Shown: one piece after another, positions 52,468 through 62,604 of the stretch | Layout of the letters: every line of letters starts with the position of its first letter | How positions within the stretch are numbered: position 1 is the first letter of the stretch | Source: an uncultured delta proteobacterium | GTDB lineage: Bacteria; Desulfobacterota; Desulfobacteria; Desulfobacterales; UBA2156 | Direction: 5' to 3' | NCBI GenBank assembly: GCA_963736855.1 | Contig: CAVTQK010000015.1 | Coordinates: 128,001 to 192,000 of the forward strand | Length of the DNA: 64,000 nt | Position numbers and translations under genes: made by a program | The notes under the pieces: model-generated | What the model saw: the letters and a program-made list of their open reading frames with translations, nothing else | Told to the model about the DNA's origin: nothing | The model's database searches: none

Positions 52468-53720
52468 TCCATAAGACCCGCCTTTCAAACGGCGTTCGGA
52501 TTATAACGAAAAAGATACCCCATTTCCAAAGTGTTTCCATGGGGGTATGGGTCAACGCCGGTGCCAGGGATGAGGCCCCGGATGAAAACGGCCTCTCCCA
52601 TTTTATCGAGCACATGATTTTCAAAGGAACCGCTAAAAGATCCGCATATCAGATCGCCAAAGAGTTTGATGCCATCGGCGGGCACACCAACGCCTTTACC
52701 TCCATGGAAACGACATGTTATCACGCCAAGGTCATGCACGACCGCTTGGTGACCATGGTCGACATCCTGTCGGATATTTTCCTGAATTCCGTATTTGATC
52801 CCGTTGAAATCAATCGGGAACAACCGGTCATCTTCCAGGAGATCGGAATGCTTGAAGACACCCCGGAAGAGTTCATCCATGTGCTGTCCGGAAATACCTT
52901 TTGGGGAGAAAGCCCTTTAGGAAGGTCGATTCTGGGGACCCGGGAAAATCTTTTGCGATTCGATTCCCACGTCGTTCAGACTTTTTTTCAAAAACTATAC
53001 CAGCCGGATCGGATCCTGATTTGCGCCGCCGGCAACACAGAGCATGACCGGATCCTGGAACTCCTGGGATCGGCCTTTGAGGCCATTAGCCCCGGAGACG
53101 GTCTTCCGGATCGGGCCACGCCTGTCGGGAACGCTCAAATCCGCCTGTTTCGAAAAAAAATGGAACAGGTACACCTGTGCATTGGAACTCCGGGCCTTTC
53201 ATCGACCGACCCGAAGCGATTTGCATTTTCGCTTTTGAATACCCTGCTGGGGGGAAACATGAGTTCGCGTCTCTTTCAGGAAATTCGGGAGCGCCGCGGG
53301 CTGGCCTACAGTGTCTATTCCTTCATTTCCGCCTATGCCGACACCGGGATGTTCGGCGCATACGCCGCATGCGATGCAAAAAAAATCAAGGAGGTAGTCG
53401 CACTGATTCTGGAGGAAGTGCATAGGATCAAAACGCATCCTGTTGAAGGCATGGAATTGAAAAACGCCAAAGAGTTTCTCAAAGGAGGCCTTTACCTGAG
53501 TTCCGAGAGCGTGGACAACCAGATGGTTCGCCTGGCCCAAAACGAGATTCTTTTCAATCGAGCCATCCCCCTTGGAGAGGTCGTTCAGGGGATAGAATCG
53601 GTCACGGCTGATGAAATCCGCGACCTTGCTGCGGAGCTGTTTCATTCGGATTGCCTGGCCATAACCCTTTTGGGCCCGATACCCGCCCGAATGAACCTCC
53701 AGGGGCTTTTATCCCTGTGA
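52464..53720 (+). CDS. M16 family zinc peptidase
   Basis: HFIEH (HxxEH), [21 protein letters not shown]. Confidence 0.93.
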   Translation: MIHKTRLSNGVRIITKKIPHFQSVSMGVWVNAGARDEAPDENGLSHFIEHMIFKGTAKRSAYQIAKEFDAIGGHTNAFTSMETTCYHAKVMHDRLVTMVDILSDIFLNSVFDPVEINREQPVIFQEIGMLEDTPEEFIHVLSGNTFWGESPLGRSILGTRENLLRFDSHVVQTFFQKLYQPDRILICAAGNTEHDRILELLGSAFEAISPGDGLPDRATPVGNAQIRLFRKKMEQVHLCIGTPGLSSTDPKRFAFSLLNTLLGGNMSSRLFQEIRERRGLAYSVYSFISAYADTGMFGAYAACDAKKIKEVVALILEEVHRIKTHPVEGMELKNAKEFLKGGLYLSSESVDNQMVRLAQNEILFNRAIPLGEVVQGIESVTADEIRDLAAELFHSDCLAITLLGPIPARMNLQGLLSL

Positions 53721-53770
53721 AGATTTCAGAACAGGCAGCGGCAATGAATCGCAAACCACAGGAATCGGCC

Positions 53771-54247
53771 ATGAGCGAGGGGCCCACCGTTAAATTCCTG
53801 CGGTTGCGACCCCACGCAGAAGGAGATATCCCGTTTCCCTCCTACATGACACCCGGAGCTTCCGGAATGGACATCTGTGCGGCAGTCGAAGGGGAAACGG
53901 TCTTAGCGCCCGGCGAAATCCGGTTGATCCCTATGGGTTTCGCCGTTTCCATTCCACCCGGTTATGAAGCCCAGATCCGCCCCAGAAGCGGACTTGCCGT
54001 CCAATACGGCATCGGGATCATCAATTCCCCGGGGACCATCGACGCTGACTATCGTGGAGAGGTTATGGTGGCCCTGATCAATCACGGAAAACGAGATTTC
54101 ATTGTACGCAGGGGCGACCGGATTGCCCAGATGATCGTTCAACGGGTTTACCGAGCCAGAATCGAGCCGGTAACAAATCTCGACAAGACCTCAAGGGATG
54201 CCGGCGGATTCGGGCATACGGGAATCCAGTCGGATTTAGGAGTCTAG
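53771..54247 (+). CDS. dut: dUTP diphosphatase
   Basis: GASGMD, RPRSGLA, GTIDADYRGE, GDRIAQ, GGFGHTG. Confidence 0.96.
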   Translation: MSEGPTVKFLRLRPHAEGDIPFPSYMTPGASGMDICAAVEGETVLAPGEIRLIPMGFAVSIPPGYEAQIRPRSGLAVQYGIGIINSPGTIDADYRGEVMVALINHGKRDFIVRRGDRIAQMIVQRVYRARIEPVTNLDKTSRDAGGFGHTGIQSDLGV

Positions 54248-54303
54248 GGAGTAAATTTCAAAACTGAAATACCTGGATTCAACAGGGGGGACGGTCACAT
54301 CTC

Positions 54304-55083
54304 ATGGATTACAAGCTGGCCGTATGCGTGCTGGCAAGCGGCAGCCGGGGAAACGCCATCTATGTCAGCGACGGTATCACATCGATCCTCATCGATGCAG
54401 GACTTTCCGGAATCGAGATCGAAAGGCGCCTGAAATGCCGGGGGATTTCTCCAGAAAACTTTTCGGCCATCGTGGTCACGCATGAACACACGGATCACAT
54501 CCTGGGAGTGGGTGTTCTGTCGCGGCGGTACCACATCCCCGTCTACCTGAGCGGCGATACCAAGCGGGCAGCCGAACCTGAGATCGGAAATCTGTTTCAA
54601 ATCGTCGATTTTGAACCCGGACGTATGTTTGCCGTCCGGTCTTTGATGTTGCATCCTTTTACGTTATCCCACGACGCCGAAGATCCGGTGGGACTGACGC
54701 TATCCGGTAATGGGAAAAAGATCGGCATCGCCACGGATATGGGCTTTACCACCGGGCTGGTTAAGGATCACTTGCAGGAATGCACCCTTCTGGTATTGGA
54801 GGCCAATCATGATGTCCAAATGCTGGAGGAAGGGCCGTATCCCTGGCCTCTCAAGCAACGCATCCAAGGCCGGCGAGGGCATCTTTCCAACGTCCAATCA
54901 CGGGATCTGCTTAAAGAGATCCGGCATCGGGGGCTTGCGCATGTCGTGCTGGCCCACCTCAGTGAAACGAACAACACTCCTGAAAAAGCGCTTCGCACCA
55001 TAGAGGGATCCGTCGATTCCCGCTTTACCCGTATCGACGTGGCGCTTCAGGACCGGTGCGGCGACCTGCTCATCATTCCATGA
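54304..55083 (+). CDS. MBL-fold metallo-hydrolase (YycJ/WalJ-like)
   Basis: LASGSRGN, THEHTDH, SHDA, LEANHD, GHLSN, AHLSETNN. Confidence 0.9.
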   Translation: MDYKLAVCVLASGSRGNAIYVSDGITSILIDAGLSGIEIERRLKCRGISPENFSAIVVTHEHTDHILGVGVLSRRYHIPVYLSGDTKRAAEPEIGNLFQIVDFEPGRMFAVRSLMLHPFTLSHDAEDPVGLTLSGNGKKIGIATDMGFTTGLVKDHLQECTLLVLEANHDVQMLEEGPYPWPLKQRIQGRRGHLSNVQSRDLLKEIRHRGLAHVVLAHLSETNNTPEKALRTIEGSVDSRFTRIDVALQDRCGDLLIIP

Positions 55084-55107
55084 ACATTTAAAGCCCAAAG
55101 ACGGGAA

Positions 55108-56181
55108 TCAGCAAGGCGCCGGGATCGCCTTGCCTTCCACGAACAGGAAATCCCTGGGGCAGAAAGGATCCGGTCGAATCAAAACCGAATGGATGTGAAA
55201 CCGGGCCTTCAGCGATGCGATGTTCCGATTGGCATATCCGGCCGTTTTAGAGGCGGTAAAGGGATGTATCCGAATGATCAAAGGATCGGAAACGGTTCCT
55301 TTTTCCTGCAAGTAAGAAACCAGGACGTCGTAAAACATTTCGGATTGGACCAGATGGCCGAAGGCGGGATGAAAGGGGCCTGCGACAAGATGGCTTTCCG
55401 GCCGCAATGTCTCGGAGGGCTGAAGCCCCATTCGGATGACCCGGATTTTATGCTGCAAAAAGTAGAGATAAAGCCTTTTGACATGGCCCACGCAGGCATC
55501 CAAAGGCCAGGGAGTGTAATCGCCACGGGCATACCATCGGGCTAGCTCACTTCCTTTGAGAACTACGGCGGGATAAATCCGCACGCAATCGGGAGCCAAC
55601 GCGGCGACTTTTTCGACGCTTGAAAAGGAACCTGCTTCGGTATCGCCGGGAAGCCCCACCATGAGTTGGACACCGATCCGATAACCCCGTCCTTTCAGAA
55701 GGCTCACGGCTTTCACGGTGTCGGAGGCCGAATGTCCACGTTCGCAGGTGGCGAGGACCCGATCATCCATGGACTGAACACCCAGCTCCACAGTGGAGAC
55801 CGGGAAGCCGGAAATGAGTTCGAGCCGTTTTTCCGTGATTGTATCAGGGCGAGTGGAAAACCGGATTTGATCGGCAACTCCTTCGTTGATCAGGTCGGTA
55901 GCGGCTCTTAAAAAAGAGATCACCCGGTCTTTAGGCATTCCCAAAAAGGTGCCTCCGTAAAAAGCCACTTCCACCGGATGCCGATTTTTCCCTTTATGCT
56001 TCAGGTGTTCCAGCGCATGTTGGCGGAGATTTTCCGGTTTGAAATCGGGGATTTTATCAGTGTCCATGGCAGCTTGATTGCAAAAGATACATCTGTGGGG
56101 ACACCCTTGATGGCGGAGAAATACCGGAATGATAAAAGGTTTCTTTTCAGGGATTAAAAAAGCATTTCTCTCTCGGCTCAT
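55108..56181 (-). CDS. Radical SAM protein (Elp3/YhcC-like)
   Basis: GCPHRCIFC, STRPD, ELGVQS; ATG overlaps the rnc stop. Confidence 0.9.
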   Translation of the reverse strand: MSRERNAFLIPEKKPFIIPVFLRHQGCPHRCIFCNQAAMDTDKIPDFKPENLRQHALEHLKHKGKNRHPVEVAFYGGTFLGMPKDRVISFLRAATDLINEGVADQIRFSTRPDTITEKRLELISGFPVSTVELGVQSMDDRVLATCERGHSASDTVKAVSLLKGRGYRIGVQLMVGLPGDTEAGSFSSVEKVAALAPDCVRIYPAVVLKGSELARWYARGDYTPWPLDACVGHVKRLYLYFLQHKIRVIRMGLQPSETLRPESHLVAGPFHPAFGHLVQSEMFYDVLVSYLQEKGTVSDPLIIRIHPFTASKTAGYANRNIASLKARFHIHSVLIRPDPFCPRDFLFVEGKAIPAPC

Positions 56182-56897
56182 TGATCTTTCGAGCATTCGG
56201 AAAAACCGGCATCTATGCGTGTGAGGGCGTTTTGTGCAGCATCCTGCTCGGCGGCCTTTTTGTTTTTACCGGTTCCTTGTGCCGTAATGCCGAGTACCTC
56301 AACCTGGATTCGGAAGATCTTGTCGTGATCGGGACCGCTTTCCTGTAATACGGTGTAAACCGGCACCATCTCTCTATTCTGTTGAACAATCTCCTGGAGT
56401 CGCGATTTGGCGTCCGTTGCCAAAAACGGCAGAGCCGGGCCCCGGATGTAAGGAAGGAAAAGGTTATGAATGAGGCGAAAGGCGGCGTTAAAGCCGCCAT
56501 CCAGGTAGACAGCGGCGATAAGGGCTTCGAATGCATCGGCCAGGATGGACGATTTTTCCCTGCCGTTGTTTTTTTCTTCCCCTTTTCCGATCAGTAAATA
56601 AACGCCCAGTTCCAGGGATCGCGCACATTCGGCCAGCCGGGACTCACTGACCAGACCCGAACGCATCTTGGATAGATCCCCTTCCTTGAATTCGGGAAAA
56701 CGTTCTATCAGCAGATGTCCCACCGCCAAGTTTAAGACTGCATCCCCGAGGAACTCCAGGCGCTGGTTATCCTTGAGCCCCTCCTGGTCCGGACGCTCAT
56801 TGACATAGGAAGTGTGATACAGGGACTCGAGAAGGAGCCTTTTGTCCGAAAAAGCATAGGAAAGCCGGTCTTCGAGCCGGTTGAGGTCTACTTCCAT
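56178..56897 (-). CDS. rnc: Ribonuclease III
   Basis: NQRLEFLGDAVL, DAFEALIAAVYLDGG, dsRBD GPDHDK...KKAAEQ. Confidence 0.97.
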   Translation of the reverse strand: MEVDLNRLEDRLSYAFSDKRLLLESLYHTSYVNERPDQEGLKDNQRLEFLGDAVLNLAVGHLLIERFPEFKEGDLSKMRSGLVSESRLAECARSLELGVYLLIGKGEEKNNGREKSSILADAFEALIAAVYLDGGFNAAFRLIHNLFLPYIRGPALPFLATDAKSRLQEIVQQNREMVPVYTVLQESGPDHDKIFRIQVEVLGITAQGTGKNKKAAEQDAAQNALTRIDAGFSECSKDQ

Positions 56898-57748
56898 TTC
56901 CTTTCAATAATTTCTTGGAATAGTGAAAAAGGGACAGATAGATCCCCTTTGCCCACCCCCAGGCGGATATCGGGTTTCAATTCCCCGTGAAAATCGGTTC
57001 CTCCGGTAATCAGCAAATCGTGTCGGCGTGCCAGATGCGCGAAAAAGGCTGTACGTTCAGGGGAATGCTCGGGATAATAGGTTTCCAATCCTCCGAGGCC
57101 CATCGATTTGAGACGGATGATGAGGTCTTCCAACACGCGGTCTTCGACAATATTCAAAAGAACCGGATGGGCCAATACCGCAAGACCCTTCGCTTTCCGG
57201 ATCAGGGTGATGGCCTCACGGCATCCGATGCGGAATTTGTCGATGTAGGCGGGCTTTCCCCTACCCAGATATCGATCAAAGGCATCATCAATGGAAACGG
57301 CATAATTTTTTTTCACCAGGACTTGGGCGATGTGGGGCCGTCCCACCTGATCCCCGGATGCCGCCTCCTGGACTTCAGCTATGGTAATCCGGATGCTCAT
57401 CTCCTGAAGCTTTTCCAGGATCTTCGGGTTCCGGTTGCGTCGGGCGTTCTGGAGCAAAAACAAGGTCTGATTCAGTTCGGGATGGTCCACATCGATATCG
57501 TAGCCCAGGATATGGAAGGTGGCGGATACGGGAAAGTCAGCCAAGGGGGCGGCGCTGATTTCAACGCCTGTAAGAAACCCCAAACCATGGGGGATTCCCG
57601 CGGCAAGCGCTTCTTTCACGCCCGCCACGGTGTCATGATCGGCGATGGCGATAGCGCCTAATTTCTGATCATTGGCCAGTTTGAGAATTTCAACGGCGGA
57701 ACAGGTACCATCCGAGGCTGAGGTATGAATGTGCAGATCGATGTTCAC
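56888..57748 (-). CDS. PHP-domain protein
   Basis: DLHIHTSASDG, ADHDT, GRPHIA, LAHP, GGTDFHG. Confidence 0.92.
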   Translation of the reverse strand: MNIDLHIHTSASDGTCSAVEILKLANDQKLGAIAIADHDTVAGVKEALAAGIPHGLGFLTGVEISAAPLADFPVSATFHILGYDIDVDHPELNQTLFLLQNARRNRNPKILEKLQEMSIRITIAEVQEAASGDQVGRPHIAQVLVKKNYAVSIDDAFDRYLGRGKPAYIDKFRIGCREAITLIRKAKGLAVLAHPVLLNIVEDRVLEDLIIRLKSMGLGGLETYYPEHSPERTAFFAHLARRHDLLITGGTDFHGELKPDIRLGVGKGDLSVPFSLFQEIIERKWK

Positions 57749-57755
57749 ATGGACT

Positions 57756-58118
57756 TCACAGGCCGAGGGCCTTTTCAAGAGCTTCTTCTTTGGTTTTACA
57801 ATCGATGCAGAGGGTAGTGACCGGCCGCGCCTTCAGTCGCTTGATGGAAATTTCGCCGCCGCAGGATTCACAGATCCCGAAGGTTCCGTTTTCGATGCGT
57901 TCCTGTGCCTTTTTGATTTTTTTAATCAGCTTGCTCTCCCGGTCCCGGATCCGGAGCATGAAATTACGGTCCGATTCAAGAGAAGCTCGGTCGGTGGGGT
58001 CCGGGAAGTTATCCTTAACCGTTGTCATACCAGAGACCGTATCATCCACCTGGCTGAGCAGCTCGTTGAGCTGGTTGTTGAGATATTTCTTGAAATAATC
58101 AAGATCGTTCTGTTTCAT
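57756..58118 (-). CDS. dksA: RNA polymerase-binding protein DksA
   Basis: DPTDRA (DxxDxA), CESC...RLKARP...CIDC zinc finger. Confidence 0.95.
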   Translation of the reverse strand: MKQNDLDYFKKYLNNQLNELLSQVDDTVSGMTTVKDNFPDPTDRASLESDRNFMLRIRDRESKLIKKIKKAQERIENGTFGICESCGGEISIKRLKARPVTTLCIDCKTKEEALEKALGL

Positions 58119-58398
58119 GAAAGCTCTCCGCAGATTTCGATAATGACTCACTTTAAAGTTTGAATAAATATCAATAAAAATCATTATTGTAAAGAATAAA
58201 ATCCTTCTTTTTGAAAAACATACGGTACCAGGAAAGGCTCAATGTCATAAAATCAACGAACTGGTTTGTGAGAAGGGTAAAATCCTCTCTTTTGAATTTT
58301 ATGATTCCTCGGAATTTTCCATTGGGCCTTATCGGCTCCACGGTTTTAACAACTAGATCATCAAGAGAAACTGGATTTTTTACAGCATTGTGGGAATG

Positions 58399-58562
58399 CC
58401 TAATGGCCACATTCTCTGCCGACAAGCCTTCCTCGGTTACCCGTCGCACGGCCTCCAGTCGCAATTCCTTGGTGTGCTTGCTGTATGGTGCCTTTTCCAT
58501 TTCGACACCTCCGTTTGCCGGTCATTGGAAACTTTGGTGTCCATATTTTTCAACCTAAATTA
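58399..58562 (-). mobile_element. IS3-family left-end remnant related to 19232-20234
   Basis: MEKAPYSKHTKELRLEAVRRV matches orfA; degenerate IR TGTCCATATTTTTCAACCTAAATTA. Confidence 0.75.
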
Positions 58563-58868
58563 CCCCTCATCATCGCGGTGATCGGTGATCCCAAAGGAAC
58601 CGGGGTGGATATGTTTATGGAGGAAGGAGGTGTCGGATACCAGTTTGCCTGCGGTGCGGCCATCCAGAATATGCTGCTCGCCGGCCATGCCCTTGGCTTT
58701 GAAGGGCTGTGGTTTATCTTTTTCGACAAGAAAGCCATACGGAAGATTCTCGGGGTACAAGAGAAAAAGGTTCCCATCGGCATGGTGTGCCTGTGAAAAC
58801 CTCTCGGCGCACCCGGGGCTATTCCCAGAAAAAACTTTCAGGAAAAGACCGTATGGATTGAGGCGTAA
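58563..58868 (+). pseudogene. 3' fragment of a nitroreductase-family gene
   Basis: PLIIAV, AAIQNMLLAGHALG, VCL-TGA-KP...PRK (TGA where Gly is expected); 5' end missing at the IS3 remnant. Confidence 0.75.
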
Positions 58869-58957
58869 GGAGTATTCAACAGATCTTCCAAAGATCAGAC
58901 ATCACCCGGGTTGAAACCCGATTTATCTCTTCTTCTTTCTTTTATCTTTTTGGCTTC

Positions 58958-60265
58958 TCACCTTACCAGATTTGACAGAACCAGCACTGTCCAGTAAGGA
59001 GATAGCATGAGGATGATTATGGAGATGATGTAAGAAGGCATATAGTAAAAGGCTCCCCTGAAAACGGTTCCAAGGGGGATATCTTGTGCCATTCCGGCTA
59101 CCACGTAACAACAGATCCCTATGGGAGGCATGATGGCCCCCATGGTGGTGACGATGCAAATGACCTGGCCGAACCAGATCGGATCATAGCCCATCTGGGT
59201 TACCAGAGGGAAAAATATGGGCAAAGAAATCAAAAGAAAGGCAAGCGCGTCCATGACACACCCGCCGATGATGTAACAAATCAGGATGAGCCAAAGAAGC
59301 ATCCATTTTGGCAAGGCGAGAGAACTGATTATGGAGGCTGCTTCAAAAGGCAGCCGGGTCACAGCCAGAAATCTACCAAAAATCGTTGCTCCGGCCAGGA
59401 TCATGAAGACAAGACATGAGATGCGGAGGGTGTCGGCAATGGATGCGATGAATCCTTTCCAGGACAGTTTCTTCCGGATCAGGCAGATCACGAGGCTGAG
59501 GGCACAGCTTGCGGCTGCGGCTTCCGTCGCGGTGACGACGCCCGTAAACAGGGCATACATGATAATAGCGAAGAGAATGAGAATGTCCAGGATCTCCGGA
59601 AGGGCCTTCATCCGTTCCCGCCATGTATTTTTAGGGCCTTTGGGGCCCCAGTCCGGGTGGCGAAAACAAATGTAGAAGACCGTTGCCGCGATCAAGACAG
59701 TGAGAATGGCACTGGGGATGATATTTCCAAAAAAGAGTTTACCGATGGATTGTCCCGTGTACAGGCCGTATACGACAAGAACAATGCTTGGAGGGATGAG
59801 GACGCCGAGCGTAGAACCGGCAGCGACAGAGCCTGCATTGAGCATCGGGTGATAATGATACTTCTTCATCTCAGGGATGGCCACACTGCTCATGGTAGCA
59901 GCAGTCGCCGTATTTGAGCCGCTGATGGCCGAAAAGGCGGCACAGGCCATAATCGTCGTGATCGCAAGCCCGCCTCTGTAATGGCCGAACCAGCGGTAAG
60001 TAGCGTAGTATAGGCTGTGGTTGTATCCTCCGTAATGGACGAATTCCCCCACCAGAATAAACATAGGGATCACGGTGAGTCCATAGTTTGAGAAAATATT
60101 CCACAGGTCGGGGCCGATCATTCCAAGGGCCGCCTTGAAGGAAGTCACATAAGTAACTCCCAGAAAACCGACTATCATCATCGTAAAAGCTGCGGGTATC
60201 CTGAACAGGAACAACACCGCGAACATTACTACAATTCCGATTACCCCCACCATGGGCCCACTCAT
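58958..60265 (-). CDS. dctM: TRAP transporter large permease
   Basis: IPMFIL, AISGS, GVLIPPSI, TATEAA, PPIG; many TM helices. Confidence 0.93.
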   Translation of the reverse strand: MSGPMVGVIGIVVMFAVLFLFRIPAAFTMMIVGFLGVTYVTSFKAALGMIGPDLWNIFSNYGLTVIPMFILVGEFVHYGGYNHSLYYATYRWFGHYRGGLAITTIMACAAFSAISGSNTATAATMSSVAIPEMKKYHYHPMLNAGSVAAGSTLGVLIPPSIVLVVYGLYTGQSIGKLFFGNIIPSAILTVLIAATVFYICFRHPDWGPKGPKNTWRERMKALPEILDILILFAIIMYALFTGVVTATEAAAASCALSLVICLIRKKLSWKGFIASIADTLRISCLVFMILAGATIFGRFLAVTRLPFEAASIISSLALPKWMLLWLILICYIIGGCVMDALAFLLISLPIFFPLVTQMGYDPIWFGQVICIVTTMGAIMPPIGICCYVVAGMAQDIPLGTVFRGAFYYMPSYIISIIILMLSPYWTVLVLSNLVR

Positions 60266-60269
60266 GGTT

Positions 60270-60755
60270 CTATTGACCACCCTTCTTCCGGAATGTGCTC
60301 AGGAAATCGATGACGAGTGTTAAAGACAGAAGGGCAAAGCCTATGGCAACGCAGAAAATGAAAGGATAATAAACGATCTTAAGGGTCTCAGACACTTCTC
60401 CGCAGGAAGCGATCCTTAAGCCCCATCTCAGAATGACCCAGGAAATGACGGCGAAAAAAAACATAGCGATTAAGAAACCGATCCCATCAAGGATTCTCTT
60501 GGCTCCATCAGGAAAAGTTGCCGACAAGATATCCACGACGATGTGGCTTTTCTTTTTCTGAGTATAGCCCAGAGCAAATGCGGTGACCACGGCGCCCAGA
60601 AAAGATGCAAGCTCATAAGCTCCCCGATAAGGCATCCCGAAAATCCTAAGGCAGACGTTCCCTGTCGCCAGGGTCATCAGGGCCAGTACCGCGATGCCGC
60701 CGATCACAAGGAACGATTTATTCAGGAAGTTGTTTAGCTTTTCAAGGAGTTCCAT
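60270..60755 (-). CDS. dctQ: TRAP transporter small permease
   Basis: Four TM segments, HIVVD motif, between the dctP- and dctM-like genes. Confidence 0.9.
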   Translation of the reverse strand: MELLEKLNNFLNKSFLVIGGIAVLALMTLATGNVCLRIFGMPYRGAYELASFLGAVVTAFALGYTQKKKSHIVVDILSATFPDGAKRILDGIGFLIAMFFFAVISWVILRWGLRIASCGEVSETLKIVYYPFIFCVAIGFALLSLTLVIDFLSTFRKKGGQ

Positions 60756-60783
60756 GACGATACCCTTTACCCGGCAGCTTTAA

Positions 60784-60821
60784 ATTCCCCTTTCCTCCGG
60801 TAACACGGAGGAAAGGGGAAT
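60784..60821. other. Strong stem-loop between dctP and dctQ
   Basis: ATTCCCCTTTCCTCCG / CGGAGGAAAGGGGAAT perfect inverted repeat with a 6-nt loop. Confidence 0.7.
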
Positions 60822-60859
60822 GACGAATATGAATTCAGAAAACATGCAGGCTGATTACT

Positions 60860-61050
60860 TGATGAAATCGTAAAAAGCTGATTTTTCTCACGCCGCAAGT
60901 CTTTTGGGAAGATCCAAAGGGTTTCGCTAAATCTCAAGAACTCGGCACAAGTGCCTCAAACAGCTTGAGATTTTTAACGCTCAACCCTTTGCATCTCTTT
61001 TTCCGAAAAGACTTGAATGGCGCTCACAAAACCTTTTTACGAAGCCATCA
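60860..61050. repeat. MITE-like palindromic intergenic element, subfamily B, copy 2
   Basis: Ends TGATGAAATCGTAAAAAG / CTTTTTACGAAGCCATCA; TTACT on both flanks, one copy containing the dctP stop codon. Confidence 0.8.
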
Positions 61051-62085
61051 TTACTTGAATTCCTTCGCGTACTTCTCCTTTAGGGCCAGAGCATCTTTAA
61101 CAATCTGATCGCCGGGGAGCCCTGCGGCTGTTACTTTCTTCACGTAAGCGGCAATAATGGGCTCCAGTAATTTGGGCATTTCCGCTTTTTCTTTGGCCGG
61201 AAGTTCGAAGATCTGCAGGTTGTATTTTTCCTTGGACCATTTGATGGCTTCCAGTACATGGTCATCCACATACTTTCCGGTCCACTGGGCTTGCTCCGTT
61301 CTCAGATCATCGAGTACCTTCTTCACGTCATCAGGGAGGGATTCCCATTTTTGTTTGTTCATGACAACGGCAAAGGTCACCACCCACAGGTCGGCCATCG
61401 TGACATTGGCTGTGTATGCCGCGTAGTTGAAATCCTTGAGAACTTCCATGGAGGAAACATGCCCTTTGACAACGCCTTTCTGGAGTGCTTCCGGAGTGTC
61501 GGATTGAGGCATGGCCACCGGAATTCCACCTAATAGCTTGATGATGTCAGCCTGAGTTCCTCCGACTCTCAGCTCCATGCCTTTGAGATCTGCCAGGGAT
61601 TTAACCGGAGTCCTGGTCATGATATTCGCAGGGGGACAGGTAAAGAGAGTGAGGATTTTGACGTCTTGAAATTCCTTGGCCTTGTATTTGTCGATGAGGT
61701 CATAGAGGGCCATGCTCGCAGCTTTGGCGCTTGGAAATCCAAGAGGCAGATCAATGGCCTCTGAAATGGGAAAGCGACCCGGTTGGTAACTCATGGCGAA
61801 ATTGCCGATATCGGCGGTTCCAGCCACGACCCCATCGAAGATGTTTTTGGCAGGCAGCAGGGTCCCTCCGGGAAAGGTCTGGACCGCAACTTTACCGTTG
61901 GTTCTCTTTTCTACCTCACCTTTCCATCTTTCCATCTGTACGCAAGGGAATGTCGGAGCAGGCGGAAAGTTTGCATAGGTCAGCTTGATCGGGTCAGCAG
62001 CAGAAACATTCCCGGAAAGCAATACGAAACCCAGCAGTGTGGCAATAAAAAGTCCAAAAATGATACACGCACCCTTTTTAATCAT
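61051..62085 (-). CDS. dctP: TRAP transporter substrate-binding protein
   Basis: Signal peptide; FPGGTLL, DLKGMELRV, ALQKGVV, WESLPDD. Confidence 0.93.
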   Translation of the reverse strand: MIKKGACIIFGLFIATLLGFVLLSGNVSAADPIKLTYANFPPAPTFPCVQMERWKGEVEKRTNGKVAVQTFPGGTLLPAKNIFDGVVAGTADIGNFAMSYQPGRFPISEAIDLPLGFPSAKAASMALYDLIDKYKAKEFQDVKILTLFTCPPANIMTRTPVKSLADLKGMELRVGGTQADIIKLLGGIPVAMPQSDTPEALQKGVVKGHVSSMEVLKDFNYAAYTANVTMADLWVVTFAVVMNKQKWESLPDDVKKVLDDLRTEQAQWTGKYVDDHVLEAIKWSKEKYNLQIFELPAKEKAEMPKLLEPIIAAYVKKVTAAGLPGDQIVKDALALKEKYAKEFK

Positions 62086-62604
62086 CTCGGCACCTCCTTA
62101 AGATTGAGAACTATTAATTATCCCCTATTACCGTGTTCTTTGTTCACCTCCTTTCCATGTTCGTCATGTTGTTTCTGGTAAAGGGTTTATAGTGGAAAGG
62201 GTTCTGAACGAAAATGTTCTGAGGGGTCACATAAAGGCTCTCTTTTTCTTGGATGAACTTTTCAGCCGTGGCCTGATCCATAGCGAAAATAATAGAAGCG
62301 ATTGCATGGAATTGATAATAATCCGCTTTTTTGTGGGCCGGTTAAGCGAAGTCACGGATTGTGTTTTGCCGTCATCTGAGAAATGAGAACATGCAGTTTT
62401 TTGGCTTATGGCTTTTCAATTATCCAGGCCAGGGTATGCTGTCAATAAAAAACTCGTCGGCATCTTGCTGAAATTTTAACTGATTTGAGCATAAAGTACC
62501 GTTTCGGCTTTGGCGGAAAAAGGCCGGGAGAGATATTTATGACGGCTGGATACCGATAGATCTCCTCCGGAGGATGACAAGGCTTTTTTGTGTTGGAGTG
62601 GATT

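Noticed and set aside
58794..58796. In-frame TGA in the nitroreductase fragment as selenocysteine
   Set aside because: The position matches the Gly of L-G-x-P (likely GGA to TGA) and the gene already lacks its 5' end
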